This document shows, piece after piece, positions 19,856-30,632 of a stretch of 64,000 nt of DNA (the first letter of the stretch is position 1; every line of letters begins with the position of its first letter). The notes beneath the pieces are model-generated. The model was not told where the DNA came from. It was given only the letters and a program-made list of their open reading frames with translations, and searched no databases. A program made the position numbers and the translations under genes. The DNA lies in assembly GCA_040903985.1 (NCBI GenBank), contig JBBDUI010000002.1, forward strand, positions 198,038-262,037, given 5' to 3'. The stretch is from Candidatus Saccharimonadales bacterium (lineage in GTDB: Bacteria; Patescibacteriota; Saccharimonadia; QS-5-54-17).

Positions 19856-21766
19856 ATGAGTAAGGTTTATCTGGAAGTCACCCCTATCGGGAAAAAGGGC
19901 AAATCGACCCTGACCTACCACGCGGATAGTGCGGTAGCTGAGAACAGCTTGGTCAAAATCCCTTTTGGCAGCACTACAGCCTACGGTATGGTTACTGGCC
20001 GCACAGCTGCGCCGAACTTCACTACTAAGGCGATTACCGCTCTCATCGACCTGCCCCCTATCCCCGACCATACCCTACCGCTAGCTAAGTGGATCGCCAA
20101 CTACTACGCCAGCGAGTTAAGTGATGCGCTCCGCCTGCTAGTGCCGTCTCGTCCTGACATCACTAGCCGAACCACCGAGCTACAAACTGCCACTGACTCA
20201 CAGAATCACCACTTAACTACTGCCCAGTCACGAGTGATCAAAACAATCCTAGGTGGTAGCGAACGCTCCTGGCTATTGCACGGTGTCACTGGCTCCGGCA
20301 AGACGGCCGTCTACATCGAACTCTGTCGGCAGATGCTAGCGCAGGGCCAGTCGGCCATCGTGCTAGTACCAGAGATCGCTCTAGCTACTCAGGTCATAGC
20401 CGAGTTCGAACGTGAACTCGGTGGCCAAATCCTGATCACTCACTCCCGAATGACAGCCGCTCAGCGCCGCGCCGTCTGGCGTCAAGCCTTAACTGCTAAC
20501 GAACCGGTCACCATCATCGGTCCCCGCTCCAGCCTCTTTCTACCTCGCGCCGACCTCGGTCTAGTTATCATCGATGAATGCCACGAAAGCAGTTACAAAC
20601 AGGAGCAGTCACCCAACTATCACGCTCGAGATGTAGCCGCCAAGCTCTGTGAGCTAGTTGGAGCCAAGCTGGTACTCGGCTCGGCCACTCCCTCGACCCA
20701 AGACATCTTTCTCTCTCGGGCCGGACGACTACAGCTACTCGAGCTACCGGCTCCAATCCACTCTAACCCCCGCTATGTCGACATTATCGATATGCGCCAC
20801 CAAAACGCCATCCTCTCGCCGACCCTAGTAAGTGCTCTACGTGACAGCCTAAATAATCAACAGCAAAGTCTACTTTTCTTAAACCGACGCGGTAGTGCTT
20901 CTCAGGTACTCTGTGCCGACTGTGGCTCCGTGGCCACCTGTCCCGATTGCGCCGTACCTCAGACTTGGCACGGAGACAGCGGTACTCTGCAGTGTCACTG
21001 GTGTGGCCGGACCAATCAACTACCCGCCAGCTGCCCCGACTGTCGCAGCTTGCACTGGCGCTTTGTCGGCTTTGGTACTAAGCGAGTCGAAACCGAAGTT
21101 AAAAAACTTTTTCCCTCGGCCCGCGTCCTCAGGCTCGATCGTGATAGCTTCTCTCATAAGACGATTAAAGATACGATTAAGCTGCTGCGCCAAGGGGAGA
21201 TCGACATCCTAATCGGTACCCAGATGATTGCTAAGGGTCTCGATCTACCTCAAGTAGCCTTAGTCGGAGTGGTGTTAGCCGACACTCTACTGCACATCCC
21301 GGATATCTACTCTGGCGAGCGCACCTATCAGCTCCTGCACCAAGTCATCGGCCGGGCCGGCCGTCGGGCCGATCAACCGGCCCGGGTCGTCATCCAGACC
21401 TACTCCCCGGAGCACCCAGCTATCAAGCTAGCCTCTACCCAGCAATTCGACGAATTTATCGCTGGCGAACTGGTCGACCGCAAAAGCCTCGGCTACCCGC
21501 CCTATCGTTATGTCTTAAAGTTAACTTGCAAACGTAAGACTAGGGCCGGGGCTAAGAGTGCCGCTACCAAACTGGCCCGCACAATCGCCGCCGCTCATCC
21601 TAAAGTAGTTATCCGCGGGCCGGCCCCTTCCTGGCAGGAGACGGCCGGCGGCCACTGGTACTGGCATCTAATCATAACCAGCCCCCAGCGCCGCCAACTG
21701 AGCCAGATCGTCCCTACCCTACCTAGTAATTGGCGCGCCGACCTCGACCCCATCGACCTGCTCTAA
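19856..21766 (+). CDS. priA: Primosomal protein N' (replication restart helicase)
   Basis: GVTGSGKT, DECH, CxxC cluster and GTQMIAKGLD. Confidence 0.95.
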   Translation: MSKVYLEVTPIGKKGKSTLTYHADSAVAENSLVKIPFGSTTAYGMVTGRTAAPNFTTKAITALIDLPPIPDHTLPLAKWIANYYASELSDALRLLVPSRPDITSRTTELQTATDSQNHHLTTAQSRVIKTILGGSERSWLLHGVTGSGKTAVYIELCRQMLAQGQSAIVLVPEIALATQVIAEFERELGGQILITHSRMTAAQRRAVWRQALTANEPVTIIGPRSSLFLPRADLGLVIIDECHESSYKQEQSPNYHARDVAAKLCELVGAKLVLGSATPSTQDIFLSRAGRLQLLELPAPIHSNPRYVDIIDMRHQNAILSPTLVSALRDSLNNQQQSLLFLNRRGSASQVLCADCGSVATCPDCAVPQTWHGDSGTLQCHWCGRTNQLPASCPDCRSLHWRFVGFGTKRVETEVKKLFPSARVLRLDRDSFSHKTIKDTIKLLRQGEIDILIGTQMIAKGLDLPQVALVGVVLADTLLHIPDIYSGERTYQLLHQVIGRAGRRADQPARVVIQTYSPEHPAIKLASTQQFDEFIAGELVDRKSLGYPPYRYVLKLTCKRKTRAGAKSAATKLARTIAAAHPKVVIRGPAPSWQETAGGHWYWHLIITSPQRRQLSQIVPTLPSNWRADLDPIDLL

Positions 21767-21794
21767 TCCTCACTTAGATATCCTTTTTTCCTAG

Positions 21795-21834
21795 CTGTAT
21801 TTTTATATTTACGATCGTAAATATAAAAATACAG
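21795..21834. repeat. Perfect 40-bp palindrome (core TTACGATCGTAA)
   Basis: ctgtatttttatatttacgatcgtaaatataaaaatacag equals its own reverse complement. Confidence 0.9.
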
Positions 21835-22004
21835 TACATCGAGATGAAGTCCGAGTCTCTTGATCTACCACATAAATAGATTACCAGCCCTTGTAATTTA
21901 GAGTTGGGTTAAGATGGAGGTAGGTTTACTATTTGCGGTTAAGGCCGGTCTTACGGCTAAAGCACGGGCTTAACTCTCCGCCGCACCTCGGTTATACTTA
22001 ATCC

Positions 22005-22574
22005 ATGTCGAAGAGTGAAATCATCAGTGTACCAGATCCACGCCTACGGCAGCGCTCTAGCCGGGTCGGGGTTATCACCTCGGAAACGCTAGAAGTTATC
22101 GCTCGCATGGAGCACGCTACTCTAGAGTGGGAGGCCACTCGGAGCAGTGAGGTTGGGGTGGCTTTAGCGGCCGTACAGATTGGTGAATGTGAACGTATCG
22201 TCATCGTACGCCTCAATCCGGAAGATAAGCGCAGTCGGGAGTTTGAGGTCTTTATCAACCCTGAAATCACCAAGCGTGAAGGCGAAATCATCAGCGAAGC
22301 TGAAGGTTGCCTCAGTATTCCTGATACCTACGGACTGGTCCCCAGACACGAAATCGTACGAATTCGTGCCATCGGTGTCGACGGGCAGCCGGTCCGGCTG
22401 AAGGCCACCGGCTTTCTAGCCCGCGTCTTCCAGCATGAGATCGATCACCTTCACGGCAAACTATTCGTCGATCACGTAGCCCCCGATAATTTTTATAGGA
22501 TATTAGATGATGGCAAACTCGAACCGCTCCCGCCCGAGCAAGTCGACACCGCTCGCCTTCTTTGGCACCGCTGA
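22005..22574 (+). CDS. def: Peptide deformylase
   Basis: GVALAAVQIG, EGCLS and QHEIDH. Confidence 0.96.
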   Translation: MSKSEIISVPDPRLRQRSSRVGVITSETLEVIARMEHATLEWEATRSSEVGVALAAVQIGECERIVIVRLNPEDKRSREFEVFINPEITKREGEIISEAEGCLSIPDTYGLVPRHEIVRIRAIGVDGQPVRLKATGFLARVFQHEIDHLHGKLFVDHVAPDNFYRILDDGKLEPLPPEQVDTARLLWHR

Positions 22575-23454
22575 CTTCAGCGCCCCCAGCTTACGCGGCT
22601 TAATCACGGCCGGCTTTAACATAGCCGTAGTTATCACCAAGCCCGATACTCGCCAGGGCCGCGGACGTAGCTTAAGCCCACCGGCAGTTAAGACTATCGC
22701 ACTGGAGCATGACCTACCCCTCATCCAGCCACCTGATAAGGCAGCCCTCTCCGCTGCTCTCACCGATTTCACCGGTGTTACTACCGGCATAGTGGTCGCC
22801 TACGGTATGATATTGCCCCCGATCGTGCTCGACCACTTCTCTTCCGGTCTAGTCAATGTGCACGCCTCCTTGCTGCCGCGTTGGCGTGGCCCTTCACCGA
22901 TCGAAGCAGCCATCCTAGAGGGTGATACAGAGACCGGCGTCACCTTAATGAGCCTTGCTCCCGCCATGGACAGCGGGCCCATCTATACGCAAGCACATCT
23001 ACCGCTCAGTGACGCTGAGACCAAGCCCGAACTCTATAAATCACTAGCTGAACTCGGCAGCCAAGTCCTCACCCAAGCCTTACCAGACATTCTCGAGGGC
23101 GAACTTACCCCTGAACCCCAAGATGAAGCAGCCGTCACTTACTGTCCGTTAATACAAAAAAACGACGGTCTGATCGATTGGCAGCAACCGGCCGAACAAA
23201 TCGCTCGTCAGATCAGAGCTTACTTAGGCTGGCCCGGTAGCCGGACCGAGATCAATGCCACGACCGTAACTATTACGACCGCCCATCCCATAAACTTGAG
23301 CGGTGCGCCCGGTGAGTTCTTAGTGACGGAGACCGGAGAGCTACTCGTTTACTGCCAGACCGGTGCACTTATCATCGACCGTCTCATTCCGGCCGGTAAG
23401 CGCGAGATGAGCGGCCAGGACTTCGCCCGTGGTCACCTCACCCGCCCTATCTAA
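22507..23454 (+). CDS. fmt: Methionyl-tRNA formyltransferase
   Basis: FFGT, VVAYG, NVHASLLPRWRGPSPI and MDSGP. Confidence 0.95.
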   Translation: MMANSNRSRPSKSTPLAFFGTADFSAPSLRGLITAGFNIAVVITKPDTRQGRGRSLSPPAVKTIALEHDLPLIQPPDKAALSAALTDFTGVTTGIVVAYGMILPPIVLDHFSSGLVNVHASLLPRWRGPSPIEAAILEGDTETGVTLMSLAPAMDSGPIYTQAHLPLSDAETKPELYKSLAELGSQVLTQALPDILEGELTPEPQDEAAVTYCPLIQKNDGLIDWQQPAEQIARQIRAYLGWPGSRTEINATTVTITTAHPINLSGAPGEFLVTETGELLVYCQTGALIIDRLIPAGKREMSGQDFARGHLTRPI

Positions 23455-23465
23455 TCACTGCACTC

Positions 23466-23499
23466 TACTCTTTTACTTACGATCGTAAATAAAAGAGTA
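23466..23499. repeat. Near-perfect 34-bp palindrome (core TTACGATCGTAA)
   Basis: tactcttttacttacgatcgtaaataaaagagta, with one mismatch. Confidence 0.85.
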
Positions 23500-23564
23500 C
23501 TGAGCTTATGGCTTGTGTAAGTGATAATAGAGATGGAGTGGCCGTACTGGAGGACGAGGGCTAA

Positions 23565-23900
23565 CTACTGGGATGGCTTGTTAGCGTCGCTCTCGATAAC
23601 TTGCTTGATCTGCGCCGACTGCTGTTTCAATTCGCCCTTCAACTGCTCCAGTTCGCCCTGAACTACCTTAGGATAGTCAGGAAAGTTCTGACTCAGCCAC
23701 TGCAGCGCACCTTGCTCATCTTCCGAGTCGATAAATTGTTCAAACTCGTCCAGCTGGGCATCGCTCATCGCGTCAGCTAAGCGGGTACCGACTCGTAGCT
23801 CCAACTGTTCCCGAATCTGAGTAATCAGCAGATCTTTCTCCTCGAACGGTAGCTGCCCCAGACCGACCTCTTCTAATAATGCGTAATCGATTTTAAGCAT
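23565..23900 (-). CDS. Conserved CPR hypothetical protein (DUF5663-like)
   Basis: LELRVGTRLA..MSDAQLDEF...WL..NFPDY pattern. Confidence 0.65.
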   Translation of the reverse strand: MLKIDYALLEEVGLGQLPFEEKDLLITQIREQLELRVGTRLADAMSDAQLDEFEQFIDSEDEQGALQWLSQNFPDYPKVVQGELEQLKGELKQQSAQIKQVIESDANKPSQ

Positions 23901-23956
23901 AAGATACCCTTATATGAATTTAGTATAGCATTTTAACGCGTCAGGGCTAGAGAAAA

Positions 23957-24286
23957 CTAAGCGCTATCACCACGAGTTAAGCGATCAAGCTCCTGGGCGC
24001 GCTGGGCGCGTCGATCATGCCGTAGCTCGATCTGCGGTACTCGACGCAGTTCAGCCTCCTTCGTGACAGCACTACGCAGTCGACCCTGATGGGCGATGAC
24101 ACGGGCAAACAGCTGCTCGGACTCCGCGTCGTTTAAGATCGATATCCAGATCACGGCAAATTTGCCGTCACTGGTAATCTCGACCTCACTCACGGTGACA
24201 TGTTCCCGGGGAAACAGCTGTTGCAACTCACGGGCTACGCCACGGTGAATGCTCGAACTTAGCCGTTCGGCCCGTCGGCTCGACAC
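23957..24286 (-). CDS. rbfA: Ribosome-binding factor A
   Basis: VTVSEVEITSD, LRRVPQIELRHD; directly downstream of infB. Confidence 0.88.
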   Translation of the reverse strand: MSSRRAERLSSSIHRGVARELQQLFPREHVTVSEVEITSDGKFAVIWISILNDAESEQLFARVIAHQGRLRSAVTKEAELRRVPQIELRHDRRAQRAQELDRLTRGDSA

Positions 24287-26040
24287 TACAAGCTCCGCTG
24301 GTGTGAAGTCCGGGTGAAGAACTCGAGCACATCGCCCTCGGCTAGTTTAACCTTCTGTCGAGTAGCGATACTGACTCCGCACATCTCACCTTGCACGATC
24401 TCCTTAGCCGCCTGTTGTTCTCGCTGCAGAGCCGAAACCGTACCGATCTCTTCCCCGTCAGCAATCCGTACCAGTAGATCAGGCGTCAGCTTGCCACGGG
24501 TCACTTCCCCACCGCAGATAGTCTCTTTCTGAGCCGTCTTAAACACGCCTTTAACCTTCAGCGCACCCATCTCTTCTTCAATAATCTCCGGTGCCAGGAG
24601 AGCGGTTAGATCCTCTCGCAGATCATCTAATAGTTCATAGATCACAGAATAAAGCTTGATCTCGACCCCGGCCTGCAGCGCTAACTGCTTGATACGGTTC
24701 GGTACACTGACATTAAAACCGAGAATACGTGCGCCTGAAGATTCAGCCAAAGTTACATCTGACTCGGAGATCGGACCGACTCCGGTACTCACGATCTCTG
24801 GCCGCACCTCGGCCGTCTTCAGCAGCTCAATACTCTGCCGTACCGAGGATAAGCTCCCATCGACATCGGCTTTGAGTAAGATCGGAATCGTACTGGCTTG
24901 ACCGGCCGTCATCGCCGCTGTCATCGCATCGGCCTGAGTAATGCTACTGGTACTGGCCAGGCTGCTACTGGCAGCATCTGCTGCTGTCCGGGCGGCCTTC
25001 TCATCGCTCACCTCATATACAAAAGCGCCTAAATGCGGTGGCGTCTTCCAGCCCGAAACCGCTACCGGCTGCGAGGGAGTGGCGCGCTTAATACGCGTAC
25101 CGGTGTAATCTTCCAGACTACGCACCTTACCATAAACATCGCCAGCCACGATAAAGTCACCGATATCGAGCTGACCGTGCTGGACTAAAACGGTCGCCAC
25201 CGCTCCTTTACCGGTAATCATCTGTGCCTCGATCACAGTACCCTCCATCGGCCCCTTACCGCGGGCCCTTAGATCTTCCATGTCCGCGACCAAGATCACC
25301 ATATCTAATAATTTATCCAGGTTCTGTTTGCGTTCGGCCGAGATGTCGACCACTACGGTTTCGCCGCCCCACTCCTCCGGAATCAAGTTTTTGTCGGCCA
25401 GCTGCTGGCGGATTCGCGCTGGATCGGCCTCTGGTTTGTCAATCTTATTGACCGCTACTACTATCCGTACTCCGGCCTCTTGGGCATAACGGATCGCCTC
25501 TTCGGTCTGGGGCTTTATGCCGTCATCGGCCGCGATAACGATGATCGCTACATCGGTCAATCTAGCTCCATGCTCTCGTAAGATCGAGAAGGCTTCATGC
25601 CCGGGTGTATCGAGAAAGGTGAGCGTCCGGTCGTTATGTACCGTCTGATAAGCACTGATGTGCTGCGTAATGCCGCCAGCCTCACCGGCTGCGACATTAC
25701 TGTTGCGCAAGCCGTCAAGCAGAGTGGTTTTGCCGTGGTCGACATGACCCATCACCGCTATTACTGGCGGACGGGGCTCACCTACACCGGCCTCGAGTAC
25801 GCTTAACTGCGGACCGGCTGGCTCCCGCTTACTAGGTGCTGTATCGCTCGAATCCTCACTCAGCTCCACCCCAAGCTCGCTAGCTACGATTTCGGCCGTC
25901 TCAAAATCAAGCGTGTCGTTAAGCTGCGCTAAAATGCCGCTCTTCATTAGTTCGCCGACTACTGTCGCGGGCTCCACACCGATAGCGGTAGCTAACTCAC
26001 TAACTGTAATCGGAGTTGAAATTGCTACTGTCTTATCCAT
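24286..26040 (-). CDS. infB: Translation initiation factor IF-2 (short N-terminus)
   Basis: [22 protein letters not shown] and NKID. Confidence 0.97.
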   Translation of the reverse strand: MDKTVAISTPITVSELATAIGVEPATVVGELMKSGILAQLNDTLDFETAEIVASELGVELSEDSSDTAPSKREPAGPQLSVLEAGVGEPRPPVIAVMGHVDHGKTTLLDGLRNSNVAAGEAGGITQHISAYQTVHNDRTLTFLDTPGHEAFSILREHGARLTDVAIIVIAADDGIKPQTEEAIRYAQEAGVRIVVAVNKIDKPEADPARIRQQLADKNLIPEEWGGETVVVDISAERKQNLDKLLDMVILVADMEDLRARGKGPMEGTVIEAQMITGKGAVATVLVQHGQLDIGDFIVAGDVYGKVRSLEDYTGTRIKRATPSQPVAVSGWKTPPHLGAFVYEVSDEKAARTAADAASSSLASTSSITQADAMTAAMTAGQASTIPILLKADVDGSLSSVRQSIELLKTAEVRPEIVSTGVGPISESDVTLAESSGARILGFNVSVPNRIKQLALQAGVEIKLYSVIYELLDDLREDLTALLAPEIIEEEMGALKVKGVFKTAQKETICGGEVTRGKLTPDLLVRIADGEEIGTVSALQREQQAAKEIVQGEMCGVSIATRQKVKLAEGDVLEFFTRTSHQRSL

Positions 26041-26139
26041 GGTGGTTACCTCTTAATCGTTAAACTACTGCTGGCGGCCGCTCGACCAGGCTGGCCATCC
26101 GAGCTGTATCCTGGCTATCGGGATACAGCTCAGCTCTCG

Positions 26140-27186
26140 CTACTTGGGAGTACTTAAAGAGATCTTCCGTAAGTCGGTGTCGATATCGATGATGCGGAAC
26201 TTTTGGCTCTCGCCCACCTTAAAGTGCTCGGCTGGATCGGCTCCTTCACCGAGCTCGGAGACGTGGACTAACGCCTCGATCGCCGGAGCGATCTGGATGA
26301 AGGCTCCAAACGGAGTTACCCGTGTAATCGTGCCCTCCACCTCTTGACCGGGCTTATAGTCCTTGATCTGCTCCAGCCATGGGTCTTCTTGGAGCTGCTT
26401 CATCGAAAGGCTTAGCTTCTCACCATCAATAGCGATGACTTTAGCCTCAACCTCGTCACCCTGACTAACGTAATCGGCCGGGTTAGCTACTCGATCCCAA
26501 GAAATCTCAGAGATGTGGATCAAACCTTCGATGCCCTCGGTACTGACGAAGATACCGAAATCGACTGTGCCGGTCACAGTACCTTTCACGACATCTCCAA
26601 CGTTAAGCTTCTCTAGCCGCTGCTTAGTCTCTTCCCGTTTGGCAGCTTTCTCAGACAGAATCAGCTTGTTCTCCTCCCGGTTTAGGTCGAGAATACGCAC
26701 GTTCAGCGTCTCCCGAGTCAACTCGTTTAACTTCTGCAGTATCTGGTCCTTGTCGGCATTACTAACCCGTGGATAGTGTTTAGCTGACAGTTGCGATACT
26801 GGCAGGAAGCCCCGAATACCTTCCACCTCGACCAGTAGACCGCCGCGGTTAGCGTCGTAGGCGCTTACCTCAAACATCTCCCCGTCGTCGAAGTATTTTT
26901 GCAGGATATCCCAGCCCTTTTCTTTTGCTACCTTCTTAAGGCTCAGAATAGCGAAGCCATAGTCTGAGTCGGGCTCGATCACGCTTGCGCTGATCGTATC
27001 CCCTTCTTTGAGGCCGTGATTCGGGTTTAACTCCCGTCGCGCCACCAGCCCCAGACCGTAAGGTCCCATATCGAGCCAGATCTCGCGTTTGTGCGCCGTT
27101 ACTACGGTGCCTTCTATGATCGCACCGGCCTCCAGTGCTATAAGCGGATGAGCCTCTAGCAGCTCGTCCATCGTTAGTTTAGACAT
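26140..27186 (-). CDS. rpsA: 30S ribosomal protein S1 (four S1 domains)
   Basis: Repeated S1 motifs (FLPVSQL, GLIHISEISW, ALVHVSEL) and strong RBS AAGGAGG. Confidence 0.93.
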   Translation of the reverse strand: MSKLTMDELLEAHPLIALEAGAIIEGTVVTAHKREIWLDMGPYGLGLVARRELNPNHGLKEGDTISASVIEPDSDYGFAILSLKKVAKEKGWDILQKYFDDGEMFEVSAYDANRGGLLVEVEGIRGFLPVSQLSAKHYPRVSNADKDQILQKLNELTRETLNVRILDLNREENKLILSEKAAKREETKQRLEKLNVGDVVKGTVTGTVDFGIFVSTEGIEGLIHISEISWDRVANPADYVSQGDEVEAKVIAIDGEKLSLSMKQLQEDPWLEQIKDYKPGQEVEGTITRVTPFGAFIQIAPAIEALVHVSELGEGADPAEHFKVGESQKFRIIDIDTDLRKISLSTPK

Positions 27187-27463
27187 TATAAATGTCCTCC
27201 TTCATGTCGTATCGATTTCCTATTGCTGCTGGAGTAGTTGTGCTAGTAGTTTAGACTCACGCGAACGCTTAAATCAGTCATCGCTACTGAGTCGTCTCAT
27301 CACACACAACCGCCCGTTAACGGCAAAGGATTACCCTTATTTATAAAGCAATTCACTCAAGGAGTAAAGGGGTGAGCTAAATAGCTACAGCTAAGAGCGG
27401 GCGATTACGGCTACTTAGGCATAAATCGTCTGCAGCTGCTTGCGTCTGGCAGGAGTAGAGCCC

Positions 27464-27889
27464 CTATACCTGCAGACGAACGGCTACCATCTCTCGGCGA
27501 CTGCGACGGTAGAGATAAGCACTAGCTCCGAGTAGACCCAGGGCGATGGCCGGTGTAGCCGGGCCAGTCTGGGCTAATTCATTTGGAAGCGCATCGGCCG
27601 TTTCAGTTGTACTCTCGCCGACAGTTTCATCTTCATCAGCAGCTACCGTAGCTTCACTGTTTTCGTTGTTATTCTCTGCACCTTCGCCGGTGGCTGCCAC
27701 CGGATCCGAAGTGTTCGGTGCGGTCTCTTGCGTAATCTGCGTACCGTTAGTGTCGGTATCACCATCCTCAGTCTCACCATAGACAAAGACAGCTGCGATG
27801 AGACCCGCGATTAAAACTAGCCCGATAGCCAGTAAAACACTGCGGTTCACGCTGTTTAAGTAGTTGCGTACATTACTGAATCTATCCAT
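27464..27889 (-). CDS. Small surface protein with N-terminal membrane helix, acidic linker and C-terminal LAQTG sortase-like signal
   Basis: RBS GAGGAG before the ATG at 27889; ends ELAQTGP + hydrophobic stretch + RRSRR. Confidence 0.65.
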   Translation of the reverse strand: MDRFSNVRNYLNSVNRSVLLAIGLVLIAGLIAAVFVYGETEDGDTDTNGTQITQETAPNTSDPVAATGEGAENNNENSEATVAADEDETVGESTTETADALPNELAQTGPATPAIALGLLGASAYLYRRSRREMVAVRLQV

Positions 27890-28037
27890 ATCTATCTCCT
27901 CACTGATTGAATTGCTTACCTTGATTATAGTACGGTAGCGCCAGACGAGCAATACCATAAACTTGTCAGGAGTTGAAATTAACTGTCCTATGTAGCATTA
28001 ACTTGCGACCGTGAGCCCGATGCTTGATACTAGTCAT

Positions 28038-28841
28038 ATGTATATCGGCGTAGACATCGGAGCCAGCAAGACCCTAGTAGCCAGTTTTTCCGCGCCCGAG
28101 AGTATGCTTGAGTCGGAAAAGTTTAAGACTCCAACCGAGCCGGGTCAGCTCATAACTAGTGTCTTTGAAACTATCGCTAAGTTAGCTGGCGGAACCGCCG
28201 TAAATGGTCTCGGTATCGCTGTGCCTGGCTACTACCATGATGGGTTGTTCACTAACACCACCACACTTAACTGGCAGTCCGTGCCTCTGCACGATATGGT
28301 CAAATCTCACTGTAGCTACCCCTTTAAAATTGCCAACGACGCCGTTCTCGGTGGCCTAGCTGAAGCCCGAATCGGTCACGGTCAGGATTGCATAAATCTG
28401 TTATACATTACCATCAGCACCGGCGTCGGTACCAGTATCATTATCGACGGGCAGATCCCGGAGTTCATACCCGGCAGTGAAGGTGGCCACATGATAGCTA
28501 ATCGTGGTGAAAAGCCCCAAACTTGGGAGGAACTTATCAGCGGTACCGCCTTCAAGCGACGTTTCGGTAAGTTTGGCTACGAAGTTAGCGATCCTGCTAT
28601 CTGGGACACTTACGCTAGTGATCTAGCTAGCTGTATCTACAATATGGCCGCTCTCATCGAGCCCAATCGAGTAGTCCTAAGCGGCGGCATGGCCGTCCAC
28701 TTCGACCGCTTCCAGGCAGCGCTGAACACTCATCTAGCCGCTCTGCACGACGGCGTCTTCCCTCTACCCGAAGTTAAAGTCGCTAAGTACCCTGAGCTAG
28801 CACCGGTTTACGGATGCGCTATAATAGCAGGAGAGGCCTAA
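28038..28841 (+). CDS. ROK family sugar kinase
   Basis: GVDIGASK, ANDA, TISTGVG and EGGH. Confidence 0.88.
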   Translation: MYIGVDIGASKTLVASFSAPESMLESEKFKTPTEPGQLITSVFETIAKLAGGTAVNGLGIAVPGYYHDGLFTNTTTLNWQSVPLHDMVKSHCSYPFKIANDAVLGGLAEARIGHGQDCINLLYITISTGVGTSIIIDGQIPEFIPGSEGGHMIANRGEKPQTWEELISGTAFKRRFGKFGYEVSDPAIWDTYASDLASCIYNMAALIEPNRVVLSGGMAVHFDRFQAALNTHLAALHDGVFPLPEVKVAKYPELAPVYGCAIIAGEA

Positions 28842-28847
28842 CACCCA

Positions 28848-29315
28848 ATGAACGAGATCATACTCCACTACCCCAGACTTACCTTCACTAGCGGTAACCA
28901 GTTTGTCTGGTCGCCGGGGCGCCGTACCGTGTTCTATGACGAGACCGAGTTTGACACCGCCCGCGGTCGCCTCGCCTTGCTGCACGAGATCGGCCACGCC
29001 GAACTCGACCACCAGGACTACCACTCAGATCTAAACCTACTCAATATGGAGATGGAGGCATGGGAATACGCCGTCTCTAAAGCCATCGAATTCGGCGTAG
29101 CGGTAGATGAGGCCCACATCGACCGTTGTCTAGAGACCTACCGGGTCTGGCTCTACAAGCGCTCCCGCTGTCCAGAGTGTGACTTTCACGGCATTCAGCT
29201 CGACCCCAAGCATTACCGCTGCTTTATGTGTCGACACACTTGGCAGGTCGCCCGCACTCTCAGCCTGCAACCTAACCGCTCCCACTGCCGCCCCTGTCAA
29301 GTTCCAGCGCTTTAA
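28848..29315 (+). CDS. HExxH metallopeptidase-like protein (ImmA/IrrE-like) with C-terminal Zn ribbon
   Basis: LLHEIGH, E..AW, CPEC...CFMC. Confidence 0.65.
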   Translation: MNEIILHYPRLTFTSGNQFVWSPGRRTVFYDETEFDTARGRLALLHEIGHAELDHQDYHSDLNLLNMEMEAWEYAVSKAIEFGVAVDEAHIDRCLETYRVWLYKRSRCPECDFHGIQLDPKHYRCFMCRHTWQVARTLSLQPNRSHCRPCQVPAL

Positions 29316-29467
29316 CCACTGCTCACTTCTCCGATCGGTCTTAGTCAGACTCGCCAATTTATCCAGCTAACTACCATTACTAATAATTATGTACTCAACC
29401 GCAGTTCAAGCTAATAGCCTGAACTACTATTTAGACCAGCTCAAACACTAGGCTCGCCCTAGCAAAG

Positions 29468-29495
29468 AAAACGACCCCGAAATTCGGGGTCGTTT
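29468..29495 (-). terminator. Intrinsic terminator between convergent genes
   Basis: aaacgaccccgaaattcggggtcgttt. Confidence 0.65.
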
Positions 29496-29518
29496 CTCTA
29501 AGCTATCAGGAACTGCGC

Positions 29519-29722
29519 TTAGGCAGCGACCTTAGCTTTACCACGCCGTGAGCGCTTACCGCCCAGGGCTCCGGCCTTACGGGCCAGTTCGCGGTTAGCG
29601 GCAAATCCGCCGCCGCGACTGATACGACCACCAGCCTGTCCGATCCGGGCGTAAAAGTCCGCTCCATGTCGTTGCTTGTTAGTTTGGGCAGCGCGTACGC
29701 CGCCGTTTTTAGTTCCTGCCAT
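29519..29722 (-). CDS. KGG-motif general stress-like small protein
   Basis: [30 protein letters not shown]; RBS GAGGAG. Confidence 0.75.
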   Translation of the reverse strand: MAGTKNGGVRAAQTNKQRHGADFYARIGQAGGRISRGGGFAANRELARKAGALGGKRSRRGKAKVAA

Positions 29723-30362
29723 AACTCACTCCTCACTGGCCCATACTTTTTCAAGTAGTTATCTAGGCCCATTATTTAATTATACCTCATGTGTCGCTTG
29801 TGTTTATTATTAACATAACTATGATTTGTTGTCAAGCTTATGGTAGAGAGTATAATTATACTAATTGTGCGACCTATAGCTAATCCCGCTTCATCTAGTT
29901 GGATAGGAGCTACAACCAGCTGGAAAAATAGACCCTTATTGTACCCAGGCAACACAAGAGAACTAAGACATAAGCCAGGTATCCGGGCCCTCTAAAGCAA
30001 ACACTTCTACCTGCATCTACCTAGTGGAAACTAATTACTTAGACTAGCTTTTCTTACTAAGTAACTTTAACCGATGTATATAGCTGCTCTCCCCAGTCTA
30101 ATTAATAGTCTCTCAAAAAGCAGAGATATTAGCAGTAGAATGGCTAGGTCTACATCATTAGTGATAGCTCAGTAGTTTATCCTCAACCACTCTAATCTAA
30201 CTGATCGAGTCAGCCATATTGATCACCCCTAGCTTATACCTTCAAATTTTTAATAATTAAAGTGTTGTTATTGCATACATTGTAAAAAATACATTAAATA
30301 AATAGTAGTAGATAACTCTACGTTTATCCTTACCACGGAGTTTATTCTCATTGCCACTGAAT

Positions 30363-30396
30363 CTATCGCTCTCACTGCCGGCAGTGAGAGCGATAG
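30363..30396. repeat. Perfect 34-bp palindrome
   Basis: ctatcgctctcactgccggcagtgagagcgatag. Confidence 0.85.
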
Positions 30397-30484
30397 GGCT
30401 AAATCATTCAAACTCTACTACTGTGCATATATTAAGTAGCTCTTCTTTACCAATAATGTAGCCTACTAAATAAGTGTCTTACTA

Positions 30485-30515
30485 AAAGAAAAACCCTGGG
30501 TGTTAAACCCAGGGT
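30485..30515 (-). terminator. Terminator after 5S rRNA
   Basis: accctggg/cccagggt hairpin followed by a U tract on the minus strand. Confidence 0.7.
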
Positions 30516-30526
30516 CAATCTCATAT

Positions 30527-30632
<106 letters not shown>

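Noticed and set aside
22507-22574. Alternative genetic code or unusual def/fmt overlap
   Set aside because: TGA serves as a normal stop (def, YqeY) and long ORFs are intact in code 11; the 68-nt overlap involves only non-conserved termini.
29730-30480. AT-rich 750-bp intergenic region as possible oriC or CRISPR leader
   Set aside because: No clear TTATCCACA DnaA-box cluster, no dnaA nearby and no repeat-spacer array; only hairpins are visible.
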